64,000 nucleotides of DNA from an uncultured Nitrospiraceae bacterium (GTDB taxonomy: Bacteria > Nitrospirota > Thermodesulfovibrionia > Thermodesulfovibrionales > SM23-35): NCBI GenBank assembly GCA_963727775.1, contig CAVSHB010000001.1, positions 1,408,001 through 1,472,000 on the forward strand. Reading direction: 5' to 3'. Within the stretch, counting starts at the first letter, position 1. Every line of letters starts with the position of its first letter. This document shows positions 50,823-60,617 of this stretch, piece after piece. The notes under the pieces are model-generated. The model had not been told where the DNA came from, did not search any database, and worked only from the letters and a program-made list of their open reading frames with translations. The position numbers and the translations under genes are program-made.

Positions 50823-52127
50823 TTATAGTTCACCGATAGCATATCTCAGACGTATTTTCGCTATTATCGCATCATAGACCGCGTTGTAATAGTTACTATG
50901 AGTCCTCATCCTGAGAGTTTCCGCATCGAGGACTTCCGTATTTGTTCCTACTCCTTCGCGGTATCGGTCTTTAACGACTTTCAGGTTCTCTTCGGCCTGC
51001 GATACGGCATCGCGGGTCACTTCTATGCGTTTGAACGTTTCTTCTATGTCCAGCCACGCACTGCGCACCTGTAACGAGATTATGGAAGCGGTTTCAGCGC
51101 GCAGATTGATTAAGGCTTCCGATTTCCGGACTAAAGCGTTTGCGTTATGCCTGGTTATGCCTCCGTCAAAGATATCCCATTTCAACCCGAGGATTGCAGA
51201 CCATACATTCTCATGGACCTGATATTTGTTCTGCTGGTAACCGTAACCGCCGGAGAGTTCAAATTGCGGCTGAATGGATGCGCGTATGCTTTCAGCCTGG
51301 TATTGCAATGTTTTTGCCTGCTCCGACAATGAAGCAAGCTCAGGGCGCTTATTTAGCGCCTTTGATGTGGAATCCTGTAAATCTGTCTTAAATGGCACCG
51401 CTGTAAGGTCATCGATTTTGACTTCCTGGTCCAAAGGACGGCTTAATGACCGGTTATATGCCGCACGGGCAAGGTCAAGGTTGTTGCCGGCCTGTATCAG
51501 CCTTTGACGGGCATCCGCAAGCGAAACCTCGGCTGCCAAAAGATCGTTCTTTGTGACCGTTCCCTGTTCATAAAAATTTCCAACATCTTTGGTATGAGCC
51601 GAGAGGTTGGCAACGCTGCTCTCTGCAACCTCCATTGCGCGTTTCGACCGCAGTACATTTACATAAGCTTCCGCAACATTCAGCTTAACGTCAAGCACGG
51701 TCCTTATTTCGTCCTGAATTGCCGTATTCAGTCCCGAGCCGGCAGCGCTGATTCCTTTGCTGATGCGGCTGCTTGTGAACAAAGGCAAAGTCGCTGTTGT
51801 TTTGTAAGAAAGACTTTTGTCTTCCGCCGTAGGAAATTCTTTAACAGGAAACAATGAACTGTCGATGCGTGCAGCAGGCGCATGGTCCAGAACCGTATAC
51901 CCGCTTTCGATGCTGAGGGAAGGAAGACGCGCGGCCTTTGCTGCCGAAAGGGACTGGACAAAGGATTCTGTGGTTTTATGGCTTGATTTAATGCGGTTAT
52001 CAACAGACAATGCTATTCCCCAGGCATCTTCCATTGTTTCCGCAGGAATTGCCGGAGTCAGCAACATCATTGACAGAGAAAGCATAAAAGAAAAAAGCAG
52101 TACATGCAGCCTTGAAAATGGGTTCAT
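50823..52127 (-). CDS. TolC family outer membrane protein
   Basis: Signal peptide, repeated OEP helices, LPLFT and WDIFDGG motifs, YREGVGTNTEVLDAE. Confidence 0.9.
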   Translation of the reverse strand: MNPFSRLHVLLFSFMLSLSMMLLTPAIPAETMEDAWGIALSVDNRIKSSHKTTESFVQSLSAAKAARLPSLSIESGYTVLDHAPAARIDSSLFPVKEFPTAEDKSLSYKTTATLPLFTSSRISKGISAAGSGLNTAIQDEIRTVLDVKLNVAEAYVNVLRSKRAMEVAESSVANLSAHTKDVGNFYEQGTVTKNDLLAAEVSLADARQRLIQAGNNLDLARAAYNRSLSRPLDQEVKIDDLTAVPFKTDLQDSTSKALNKRPELASLSEQAKTLQYQAESIRASIQPQFELSGGYGYQQNKYQVHENVWSAILGLKWDIFDGGITRHNANALVRKSEALINLRAETASIISLQVRSAWLDIEETFKRIEVTRDAVSQAEENLKVVKDRYREGVGTNTEVLDAETLRMRTHSNYYNAVYDAIIAKIRLRYAIGEL

Positions 52128-52228
52128 AAATACTCATGTCCTTTGTGAAAAAAGAATTATAAACGTTTAATAAGTCTAAATAACGGGAAAATCATTGTCA
52201 ACGATAATTTGCGACATCAATAGGGTTT

Positions 52229-54028
52229 TTAGCCCCTTAATTTGCCGAGTCGTTGAGCAAGGTGCACGGTCTCCTGCAAAAGATTTTCTATCTCGTCAAG
52301 CCCTTTCTCCCAGAACCTCTTGTCCGTTATATCTACCCCGAGGTGTTTAAATATATTCTTTGGAGAATCAGACAATCCGGCTGATAAAAACTCTTTGACC
52401 TTATCAATAAAATCAGGGTTTTCCTTTACGGAATTCTGCAGGGACTTGGAGATCAGCAGGCCGCTGGCATACGAGTATACGTAAAAAAAGCTGCGGATAT
52501 GACCCCAGTAAACCCACCAGTTTTCAGAGCCTGGCGACTGTTCGACAGAATCCCCCATATATTCCGACATATGTTTCCGGAACAACCTTCCTATATCCTT
52601 TGCCGATAAATACCCCTTTTGCCTGAACTCCTTATGGAGTTCCTGTTCAAACCTGTAGCACGCAACCTGTCTGAATATGGTAGAGACTTCATCATTGAGT
52701 CTCATCATCATGATTGATAAGCGCAATTCATCGTCTGCCTTTTTCAGTATCTCCTGGAGTACAAAATCCTCCATAAAGGTGCTCGCGACCTCTGCTGTAG
52801 ATATCGGTGTCCCGAAATTTAAGGAATTCTGCTTCTCCCTGATTAATTCATTGTTTATGCCGTGTCCCATCTCGTGCGCCAAAGTCAAAACGTCGTTGAG
52901 CCTGTTTGTATGGTTTAAAAGAATATAGGTAGGCTGAGATATCAAGTTATGGGCGCAGAACGCCCCGCTTACTTTTCCCTTTCTTGGGAATACATCGAAA
53001 CGTACGTTTTCTATGAACGTGTTTAGGACAGCCGCAAATTTTCCGTCGAGATTTGAAAAGACTTTGTGTACAAGTTTCAGGGATTCATTATAGGTATATT
53101 TCTCATTGATATTTCCATATTCAACATTCCTGTCGTGATATCTTAATCTCTTGACTTTCAAGAGCCGCGCCTTTAATTCATAATACCTTGAAGATATGTC
53201 GAACCTGCCGGAGACACTTTGGAGCAGCGCATCCACAATATCGCTTTCTATATCATCACTGATGTGCCTGGTCAGGTCCGGTCTTGATACCATGCGAAGT
53301 TCATCGTCTACCTTTTTGTTTGCGAGCACGGAATTGATTTCCGCCTCGGCAACTTCAGCGTACTTGTTCAATATGTCATTGAATGCCTTTGCCGCAGAGT
53401 CTCTAACTCTTTTCTGTTTGCTGTTCATGAGGCTCAGAATTTCCGAAAAAGTTTTGTTTTCCTTTTTCCCGCCTTCCGGAATAATCTTCCTCTCTTCCCT
53501 GGCGAGAAAACTCGACGTCATCCTTACCCAGTTGGAATAAGAGGTTGGGGTTTTGAGATTTATTATCTTTTCTTCAGGTTCGCTCAGGAGGTATTCTGAT
53601 TCGGCGAAGATGCGTTCAAGGAAATGCCTATAATCTTTTAAGCCCGCATATTCAAGAAACTTATTCTGCTGTTTTTCAGGTATCTTTGCTATGCGGAGAT
53701 AAAAGAACTGGATATCGTTTTCTATTTTTTTGCTGAAATGTTCTATTTGATTGAATTTTGCCTTGAGATCCGGGGCGTTCTGGTCCTGGGTAGTGCGGAG
53801 CCAGTAATAATAGCCTTCGTCGCCCTCACTACCGTAATTTTTTTTCCATTTTGCATACTCTTCCAATGCCTGTTTGAGGATAGCGGGGTCTTCAAGATAA
53901 TCTTTACGTTCTTTCCATTTATTTATGAATTCATAACTGTTTTTTTCGATTAATTTTCTTTTTTTTGCCATTCCCGGGTCATCGTCGCCGTCAAATAGGG
54001 TTTTAAGATTCCATGCAATTTGTTTCAT
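52229..54028 (-). CDS. pepF: M3 family oligoendopeptidase F
   Basis: GKVSGAFC, TLAHEMGH (HExxH), AEVAS, FYVYSYA. Confidence 0.92.
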   Translation of the reverse strand: MKQIAWNLKTLFDGDDDPGMAKKRKLIEKNSYEFINKWKERKDYLEDPAILKQALEEYAKWKKNYGSEGDEGYYYWLRTTQDQNAPDLKAKFNQIEHFSKKIENDIQFFYLRIAKIPEKQQNKFLEYAGLKDYRHFLERIFAESEYLLSEPEEKIINLKTPTSYSNWVRMTSSFLAREERKIIPEGGKKENKTFSEILSLMNSKQKRVRDSAAKAFNDILNKYAEVAEAEINSVLANKKVDDELRMVSRPDLTRHISDDIESDIVDALLQSVSGRFDISSRYYELKARLLKVKRLRYHDRNVEYGNINEKYTYNESLKLVHKVFSNLDGKFAAVLNTFIENVRFDVFPRKGKVSGAFCAHNLISQPTYILLNHTNRLNDVLTLAHEMGHGINNELIREKQNSLNFGTPISTAEVASTFMEDFVLQEILKKADDELRLSIMMMRLNDEVSTIFRQVACYRFEQELHKEFRQKGYLSAKDIGRLFRKHMSEYMGDSVEQSPGSENWWVYWGHIRSFFYVYSYASGLLISKSLQNSVKENPDFIDKVKEFLSAGLSDSPKNIFKHLGVDITDKRFWEKGLDEIENLLQETVHLAQRLGKLRG

Positions 54029-54050
54029 ATATAGACCTTTCCTGAAAAGT

Positions 54051-54087
54051 AAAAAAAATATCCCCGCCATTCAAGCGGGGATATTTT
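54051..54087 (-). terminator. Rho-independent terminator of the OmpA-family gene
   Basis: AAAATATCCCCGC-loop-GCGGGGATATTTT with a U-tract on the minus strand. Confidence 0.8.
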
Positions 54088-54113
54088 CAGATTTAATTAT
54101 CAGCCGAGCGGAC

Positions 54114-54800
54114 CTAATCGGATAAAATTAGGATTTCAACCCTCCTGTTTTTTGCCCTGCCTTCCTCTGTCTTATTTGTAGCTATGGGTTTTGATTTACC
54201 ATAGCCTACCGACTTGATTTTCTTGGCGTTAACTGCCCCTTCCTTTATGAGGAAATTCTTTACGGTTACTGCCCTCTTTTTCGAAAGCCGCTTGTTGTAT
54301 GCTACAGAACCTATAGCATCAGTATGTCCTTCTACCCTAATTTTTGCACCGGGATATTTCTTGACAAAATCGAGCGCCTTTTTTAACTCAGGCTTGTCAA
54401 CATCCCTTATATCTGCCTTGTCGAAATCAAAATTGACCATGATCGTAAGCTTATCGATAACCTTGGCCTCTTTTTTCGCAGTGGCGGGGCAGAGTGCTTT
54501 TGCCATTTTAGTGGCTTTTTTGGCCATTTCTATTGCTTCTTTTGTGTGGCACGCGAGATAAGTCTCATATGCCTGGTCCTTTGCCTTTTTTGCTTCCTTA
54601 AACTCAACAGGACATGTCTTGTCTTTCCCGGCTTTTTGCGCATCTGCAACAGCGCGGTCTGCTTTAACTAATTCGTGAGGGTAATACCATACCGCATATT
54701 TTGGAGCGAATTCCATTCCCGCACAACCCATGAGAAAAATTAAAGCAAACAATGAAATCAGCAGGAAAAGGCCTTTAAAACGAACCAATTGCATTCTCAC
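54114..54800 (-). CDS. OmpA-family lipoprotein
   Basis: Lipobox LMGC; NFDFDKA, VEGHTD, NKRLSKKRA, NRRVEI. Confidence 0.92.
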   Translation of the reverse strand: MRMQLVRFKGLFLLISLFALIFLMGCAGMEFAPKYAVWYYPHELVKADRAVADAQKAGKDKTCPVEFKEAKKAKDQAYETYLACHTKEAIEMAKKATKMAKALCPATAKKEAKVIDKLTIMVNFDFDKADIRDVDKPELKKALDFVKKYPGAKIRVEGHTDAIGSVAYNKRLSKKRAVTVKNFLIKEGAVNAKKIKSVGYGKSKPIATNKTEEGRAKNRRVEILILSD

Positions 54801-55026
54801 ACCTCCTTGAAATAATTTTTAAACTGCCGTAAAAAAATAGGAGTCTTTTTATTCTCTTCTATATCACCCCCTTTTATTCGGTATGTTCAAATATGTAATG
54901 CTGTAAATAGCTCATTGATCAAGAATTAAAAAAATTATATCATATCCTCTACTGAAAGATAACAGAATTATTTATTTATATAGTTTACTGATAATTAATA
55001 ACCTTTAAATACCGGCAGGAGGGAGC

Positions 55027-55461
55027 ATGAAATACCAGGTAGGGAAGACTGGAAGGGTTGTTGTCGCAAGATTTGAGGATAAGGAAGATATACTTGACAA
55101 CCTTCTTGAAATTACGAGAAAGGAAAATATAAGGAGTGCTGTAGTCCAGTTGATCGGCGGTGTGAGACAGGGAAGGGTTGTTGTCGGCCCGGAAAAAGAG
55201 GAGCTGCCGCCAACGCCTGTATGGAGGGACATACGGGAAAGTCATGAAGTTATCGGTATTGGTACGATTTTCTGGCAGGACGATGAACCCAAGGTCCATT
55301 TACACGGGGCATTTGGTAAAGGGGATGCAGTAAAGACTGGATGCCTTAGGGGAGCGTCCGAAACTTTTCTTGTTCTTGAAGCCGTTGTCATAGAGATACT
55401 CGGAATTGACGCCAGGAGGGAATTTGACCAGGCTTCAGGTCTGACACTCCTCAAACTTTAA
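55027..55461 (+). CDS. PPC/DUF296 domain protein
   Basis: IGGV, HLHGAFG, GCL motifs. Confidence 0.85.
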   Translation: MKYQVGKTGRVVVARFEDKEDILDNLLEITRKENIRSAVVQLIGGVRQGRVVVGPEKEELPPTPVWRDIRESHEVIGIGTIFWQDDEPKVHLHGAFGKGDAVKTGCLRGASETFLVLEAVVIEILGIDARREFDQASGLTLLKL

Positions 55462-55470
55462 TTAAATTAT

Positions 55471-56064
55471 ATACCCCGCTGTCTCTGCGGGGGGGAAACC
55501 GTGAAGCCCCTTTTGAAAAGGGGGTTTGGGGGATTATAATGCTGTTACAATGGAACTGGGAAAGAGGCCTCATGCGGTCTATAAGATTCGATACCATTTG
55601 GTGACTGCTGTAAAGTACCGTAAGGTTTTGTTGAATGAGGAAGTTGAGAAATGTATCAGAGAGACAATGAGGGGAATTACTGAACGGTACAATATTGTAA
55701 TCGATGAAATTGGATTTGATGAGGATCATATACATATCTTCTGCGGTGCTCAACCGCAATATAGCCCGAGTCAGGTGCTGAACGTAATTAAGTCGATAAC
55801 GGCGAAACGAGTATTCGAAGAATTTCCGAAGATGAAGAAAGTAGAATTGTGGGGTGGAGAATTCTGGAGTGACGGCAAGGACATAGGAACGGTCGGGGAT
55901 GCAACAAATGAAGAAGTGATTAAGCGATACATAAGGAATCAGACTTTGGATAAGTCTGAAATAGAGCGGCGCACAGGTCAGCTAAAACTGTTCAAAATTT
56001 AAAGATGCCATCGCTGGTGAGAGTTTTCCGAGATACCCCGCCGTCTCTGCGGCGGGGAGGTTCA
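55471..56064 (+). mobile_element. IS200/IS605-family element, tnpA only
   Basis: Near-identical subterminal hairpins ATACCCCGCTGTCTCTGCGGGGGG (55471) and ATACCCCGCCGTCTCTGCGGCGGGG (56033); ends GGTTCA; boundaries approximate. Confidence 0.82.
55550..56002 (+). CDS. tnpA: Y1 HUH transposase TnpA
   Basis: YHLVTAVKYR, DHIH (HUH), LWGGEFWSDG, YIRNQ. Confidence 0.93.
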   Translation: MELGKRPHAVYKIRYHLVTAVKYRKVLLNEEVEKCIRETMRGITERYNIVIDEIGFDEDHIHIFCGAQPQYSPSQVLNVIKSITAKRVFEEFPKMKKVELWGGEFWSDGKDIGTVGDATNEEVIKRYIRNQTLDKSEIERRTGQLKLFKI

Positions 56065-56130
56065 TTATATTAAGGCTCATAATTGTCGGCGGTCTGCTAT
56101 TCGACCACGCAGACTGTATTGGCTTCACTT

Positions 56131-56206
56131 TGTCATTCCAGCTTGTCCGAAATCTTTCCAGGCTTCTCGGAATGATTCCCGACGCGCTTCACTTGAGGGA
56201 ATGACA
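56131..56206. repeat. Palindromic GTCATTCC...GGAATGAC element (REP/RPE-like)
   Basis: TGTCATTCC at 56131 and GGAATGACA at 56198-56206, with internal AATC/GATT arms. Confidence 0.6.
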
Positions 56207-56364
56207 TCCCTTTTGAGCTATTCATAACACCAGTCGTTTGTGAGATACTACGCTAACGTTGTGCGAACAAATAAAATTATGAGGCAACTTGTCGCTCTAT
56301 TTCATTGAGTTGTTTGTACTTCTATATTATTATAGGTATTATTAGTATTACTCGAGGAGGAAGA

Positions 56365-56574
56365 ATGCTTACATTAAAATTGCCTGCCGACTTGGAAGAT
56401 AGGCTGAATCAGCTTGCTAAAAAAACTAAACGGCCGAAAAGTTTTTATATGCGAGAGGCGCTCGTTGAATATCTTGAAGAATACGAAGACGCTTTCCTTG
56501 CTCTCGAGCGACTCAATAAGAAGAACGCAAAATATCTGAGCACAAAAGAATTGGAAAAGCGCCTTGGCCTATAA
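56365..56574 (+). CDS. RHH/RelB-like antitoxin
   Basis: LKLPADLEDRLNQLAKKTKRPKSFYMREA; GAGGAGG RBS. Confidence 0.88.
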   Translation: MLTLKLPADLEDRLNQLAKKTKRPKSFYMREALVEYLEEYEDAFLALERLNKKNAKYLSTKELEKRLGL

Positions 56575-56824
56575 AGTACAATGGCACGAAGACATATGGA
56601 AGGACCTATACAAACTCGATAAAGAGACTGCGGCGAAGATCATTGAGCGGGTGAGTACATATCTTATTCGCGATCCTCTGAAACTTGGGAAAGCTCTTAC
56701 GGGACAGTTTTCAGGTTTTTATAGGTATCGCTATGGAGATTATAGAGTTCTGTACGTTGTAGACCTCACAAAGAAAACGATAATAGTACTCAAGGTGTGG
56801 CATAGAAAAAATGCTTATGAATGA
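56564..56824 (+). CDS. relE: RelE/ParE family toxin
   Basis: GKALTG..SGFYRYRYGDYRVLY...HRKNAY. Confidence 0.9.
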   Translation: MAYKVQWHEDIWKDLYKLDKETAAKIIERVSTYLIRDPLKLGKALTGQFSGFYRYRYGDYRVLYVVDLTKKTIIVLKVWHRKNAYE

Positions 56825-57000
56825 TAGCGTGGAAGCGGGGAAAAGAACTCACAGAAGATAAACTTCTCGATACCTGCATATTCCGGTGAAATCTGGCACT
56901 CAGCCTCTATTATCGTGTTGATGATATCCTTGGGTATGGGCTTAGACTCATAAGATCGAACTGACCGTCTCTTTCTGATTGCCTCAATTACGGCATTCAT
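56815..57000 (-). pseudogene. N-terminal remnant of a nitroreductase family gene
   Basis: MNAVIEAIRKRRSVRSYESKPIPKDIINTIIEA, then loss of similarity. Confidence 0.7.
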
Positions 57001-57237
57001 TTTCTTCTTCCTATGTGTTATTGATATAACCTACAACTTAGCCATTTTTTGCGAAGTAGCATGTCTTACGGCACGAAGGCGAGACTTACCCGTGCCAGGG
57101 GTGGCAGAGAAGGAGTGGCAGGAATGGTTCAGAAAATGCAGTCTGTAATAAATAATTCCACTTGACCAAATATATACAGTCTGAGTAACTTATATAGGTT
57201 ATTTTTTTATCTTTTTAAAAAGAGAGGAGGTGATACA

Positions 57238-57546
57238 ATGTTGAAGAAAGTTACAGTAATACTGGTAGCCCTTCTTTTTGTATTCTCAATAACTGCGGTA
57301 GCCTTTGCGGCAGATCAGACAAAGGAAGCTCCTGTGAAGACTGATAAAAAGGCTACTCCTGCAACAACTGAGAAAAAGGCTCCTGCAATGGCTGAGAAAA
57401 AGGCTGAACCTGCGGGCGCTATGAAAAAGGAAGAAACTGAAAAGGCTGAGAAAAAAGCAACAAAGACAAAGAAGGCTAAAAAAGCCAAGAAAGCCAAAAA
57501 AGCCAAAAAAGTTAAAAAAGCGGAAGGCGAAGAAAAGCCGATGTAA
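57238..57546 (+). CDS. Small secreted Lys/Ala-rich low-complexity protein
   Basis: GGAGGTGA RBS, signal peptide ending AFA, KKA tandem repeats, own terminator. Confidence 0.8.
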   Translation: MLKKVTVILVALLFVFSITAVAFAADQTKEAPVKTDKKATPATTEKKAPAMAEKKAEPAGAMKKEETEKAEKKATKTKKAKKAKKAKKAKKVKKAEGEEKPM

Positions 57547-57564
57547 TAAACCGGCTGTGTTACG

Positions 57565-57601
57565 ATCATGGCAGGGGCGTAAAGCCTCTGCCATGATTTT
57601 C
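57565..57601 (+). terminator. Rho-independent terminator
   Basis: ATCATGGCAGGGGC-GTAAA-GCCTCTGCCATGAT followed by TTT. Confidence 0.75.
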
Positions 57602-57666
57602 TGTGGCCGGACAATATTAGGCATATCCTTAAACAAAGTTGACTATACGATCTATCGGGAGACGCA

Positions 57667-58206
57667 ATGGCAGAAGAAAAAAAAGAGAAATGGCTGAACT
57701 ACCTGGCGCTCACAACGGTAATATTTGCCGTATGTGCAACGCTGTCCACTTTTAAAGGCGGAGGTTTTTCGACTCGGTCCGTACTTGCGCAGTCCCAGGC
57801 ATCCGACCAATGGGCATTTTATCAGGCCAAGAGCATTAAAGGGTATTTGTATGAGTTGCAGAAAGAGAAACTTGATTTTGAAATAAAAGCCGGAGCACAA
57901 AAACTTCCAAAATATTTGGTAGGGGAATATAAAGAAAAAATAGATTCATATTCCAAGAAAATAAAAAAATACGACACGGAAAAGGCAAAGATCGAGAAGG
58001 ATGCGAAGAATCTTGAAAGCCTGAGGGATCTGGCGCAGAAGCATTCCCAGGCGTTCGGAATGGCCATCATATTCCTTCAGATTGCGATACTGCTTTCATC
58101 CATAGCCGCCTTATTGAAAAAGAAAGTTGTCTGGACACTCGGTCTCGTTACAGGTGTACTCGGCATAATGTATTTCGTAAACGGGTTCTTCTTGTTTTTA
58201 CATTAA
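57667..58206 (+). CDS. DUF4337 family membrane protein
   Basis: ASDQWAFYQAKSIK; LQIAILLSSIAAL. Confidence 0.85.
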   Translation: MAEEKKEKWLNYLALTTVIFAVCATLSTFKGGGFSTRSVLAQSQASDQWAFYQAKSIKGYLYELQKEKLDFEIKAGAQKLPKYLVGEYKEKIDSYSKKIKKYDTEKAKIEKDAKNLESLRDLAQKHSQAFGMAIIFLQIAILLSSIAALLKKKVVWTLGLVTGVLGIMYFVNGFFLFLH

Positions 58207-58302
58207 GAACTCAGAATCAATCCGGCAGGCCGCGTGTCTTTTCTCTCGTTGCCGCTACGAATAAGCAAGCTGTTTTCTAAGAAAAGAATCAATAAAAAAC
58301 TA

Positions 58303-58635
58303 TCAGACAAATTCTAATCCGACTCGGTAATAAAGACTGCTATTCCTTTCACTCCAGCGAACAATCGCTGTTTGATGAGGGTTATAATTATTGTTCTTGA
58401 TTGTTATCTTTTGGTCCTTATTAAGAAAGTTAGTTGTGAAAAGACAAAGTCCGGATTTACTGATATTTGCTATAACTCCGTCAAAAGTATCATTCTCATG
58501 CAGGGAATTCAAAGTATATTCTATTACGCCGACTATATCGTTCCGATTCTCTCTCCTTTGATCGGATAGTTCGTCCAGGTAAACAGCTTTGATGGTTCTG
58601 AAATTATTTACCCCATGATGTCCACTTTTTAGCAA
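58303..58635 (-). CDS. Stand-alone PilZ domain protein (start uncertain)
   Basis: RRENR, NISKSG, AIVRW, YRVGLEF. Confidence 0.7.
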   Translation of the reverse strand: MLKSGHHGVNNFRTIKAVYLDELSDQRRENRNDIVGVIEYTLNSLHENDTFDGVIANISKSGLCLFTTNFLNKDQKITIKNNNYNPHQTAIVRWSERNSSLYYRVGLEFV

Positions 58636-58911
58636 TAAAAAAAGACAAACTTGAAGTTCTACCGGCTTGTTCGAAAAGACCTGTTATTTCCCGATGCTTT
58701 CTTAAGAAACTCCAAAATTATAAGCCGGTCGATAATTTAATGCGACATTATCACAATAAACTTAAAATTGTCAATTTATAATTATTTATTGATTAAAAAG
58801 TTTCTAAATTGAACGTATCCATTAAGGACTTGGATCTCCGGTTTGCAATGGGTATAACCTTAATGAACAATTTCCTTGAAAATCTCCTGGAAATCTGTTA
58901 TCCAATATGCT

Positions 58912-60201
58912 ATGGCAGTGAAAGAGAACGTAAATGTCTTGAGGGAATATCTTGAGCATCTTGAAAAGAAAGTGGAAGACCTTAAGATTTTTACCGAAGT
59001 CTCTGCAATTATATCGTCAACCCTCGATTTTCAAGAGCTTATGACTATTGTGATGGAAAAGGCAAAGGGTCTAATGAATGCCGAAGGATGTTCTATCCTT
59101 CTGTACAACAGAGAGACCGGGAAGCTGGAATTTGAGGTTGCGCTGTGCGGAGACGAGTCTACATCAGACGCCTTAAAGACAAAAATTACCCTTGATATCG
59201 GACAGGGCATCGCCGGATGGGTTGCGGAGAAACAGGAAGTGCTGTTCATTAAGGATGTGAAGGCGGACCGCAGATTCTATCAGGATGCCGACAAGCAGAC
59301 AGGGTTTGTGACAAAGAGCCTTATCGCCGTGCCGCTTATAGGGAGAAGAGGGCTCATAGGAGTGGCGGAGATCATTAATCCCCAGAAAGAGGATTATGAT
59401 ATCGACATACTGAAGTTACTCAGCAAGCATTTTGCTATTGCTATTGAAAATGCATTGTATCACAAAGAATCGATTGAGAAAGAGAGACTGAAGCAGGAAC
59501 TCGATATTGCAGCTTCTTTGCAGAAAAGTTTTCTTCCGGAATCGCCGACTTTCACAAAGGACAATCTTACGGCTTCGGCAGTAAATATTCCCGCGAGACA
59601 GGTTGGGGGAGACTTGTATGATTTTATTGAGCCGGTTAAAGGTAAGGTTGGGGTTTTCATAGGCGATGTCTCAGGGAAAGGTGTATCAGCCGCGCTTTAT
59701 ATGGCAAAGATTATCAGCGACTTTCGGTATATTGCCAATGGGACGCCTTCTCCAGGGACTGTCATGAACAGGCTGAATTCCCTGCTTTCAAGTGCGCCGA
59801 GGGGCATGTTTCTGACCGCTGTTTATATGATAGCGGACACAAAAAAAGGCAAAATGGACATTTCGGTCGCCGGGCATCCTCCGTTTATGTGGCTTAGAGA
59901 CGAGAAAGTAAAGATCATGTCCATACCGGCGGGTCCCCCTCTGGGGATAGTACCCGGAGATTACCCTGTGAGTAAGTTTTCTTTGAAACACGGCGACAGG
60001 CTGCTCTTCTTGACTGACGGGGTGTTTGAGGCGAAGAACAGGAAAGGCCGGCGGATGGGTTTTGATAGTCTCGTCGATTTTATCAAAGAGGGCGTAGACA
60101 AAGGACCGTTGATTGATATGATCACGGAGCATGTGAACAAGTTTTCGAGAGGTATGGAAAGGGCGGATGACCTCACTATTATTGAAGTGAGGTTTGGGTA
60201 A
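58912..60201 (+). CDS. rsbU: GAF + SpoIIE/PP2C phosphatase (RsbU-like)
   Basis: GQGIAGWV GAF; VGGDLYD, GDVSGKG, TDGV, DDLT. Confidence 0.9.
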   Translation: MAVKENVNVLREYLEHLEKKVEDLKIFTEVSAIISSTLDFQELMTIVMEKAKGLMNAEGCSILLYNRETGKLEFEVALCGDESTSDALKTKITLDIGQGIAGWVAEKQEVLFIKDVKADRRFYQDADKQTGFVTKSLIAVPLIGRRGLIGVAEIINPQKEDYDIDILKLLSKHFAIAIENALYHKESIEKERLKQELDIAASLQKSFLPESPTFTKDNLTASAVNIPARQVGGDLYDFIEPVKGKVGVFIGDVSGKGVSAALYMAKIISDFRYIANGTPSPGTVMNRLNSLLSSAPRGMFLTAVYMIADTKKGKMDISVAGHPPFMWLRDEKVKIMSIPAGPPLGIVPGDYPVSKFSLKHGDRLLFLTDGVFEAKNRKGRRMGFDSLVDFIKEGVDKGPLIDMITEHVNKFSRGMERADDLTIIEVRFG

Positions 60202-60203
60202 CA

Positions 60204-60617
60204 GTGAAAGATTCCGTCATTATTACAGTCCCGTCTCATCCGAAGTATCTTTCGGTGGTCAGGGCGGTAACAGCCAGGATGGGGCAGTTGCATGAGATGA
60301 CCGAGACTGCGATAGATGATATAAAACTTGCCGTTGACGAGGCGTGCTCAAACGTTATAAAACATGCATACAGAGGAGAAACATCCCGGAAGATTACTCT
60401 GAGATATACTATAAAACGAGGGGTTTTCACAGTGAACATAGACGATAACGGTATAAAGTCGGCTATCGAACAAATGAGGGGGAGAAGCCTTGATGATGTA
60501 AAACCGGGCGGGCTTGGCGTCCATTTTATACGAAAAGTATTTGATGTGGTCGAGCTGGACGATAGAAAGCAGAGGGGTAACAGGTTGATATTGATTAAAT
60601 ATACGGGCAACAAATGA
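60204..60617 (+). CDS. rsbW: Anti-sigma factor serine kinase (RsbW-like)
   Basis: LAVDEACSNVIKHAY, DDNG, GGLGV. Confidence 0.9.
   Translation: MKDSVIITVPSHPKYLSVVRAVTARMGQLHEMTETAIDDIKLAVDEACSNVIKHAYRGETSRKITLRYTIKRGVFTVNIDDNGIKSAIEQMRGRSLDDVKPGGLGVHFIRKVFDVVELDDRKQRGNRLILIKYTGNK

Noticed and set aside
56222..56264. attC-like TCATAAC...GTTGTGC before the relBE-like pair
   Set aside because: Only 43 bp and the inner arms do not pair.
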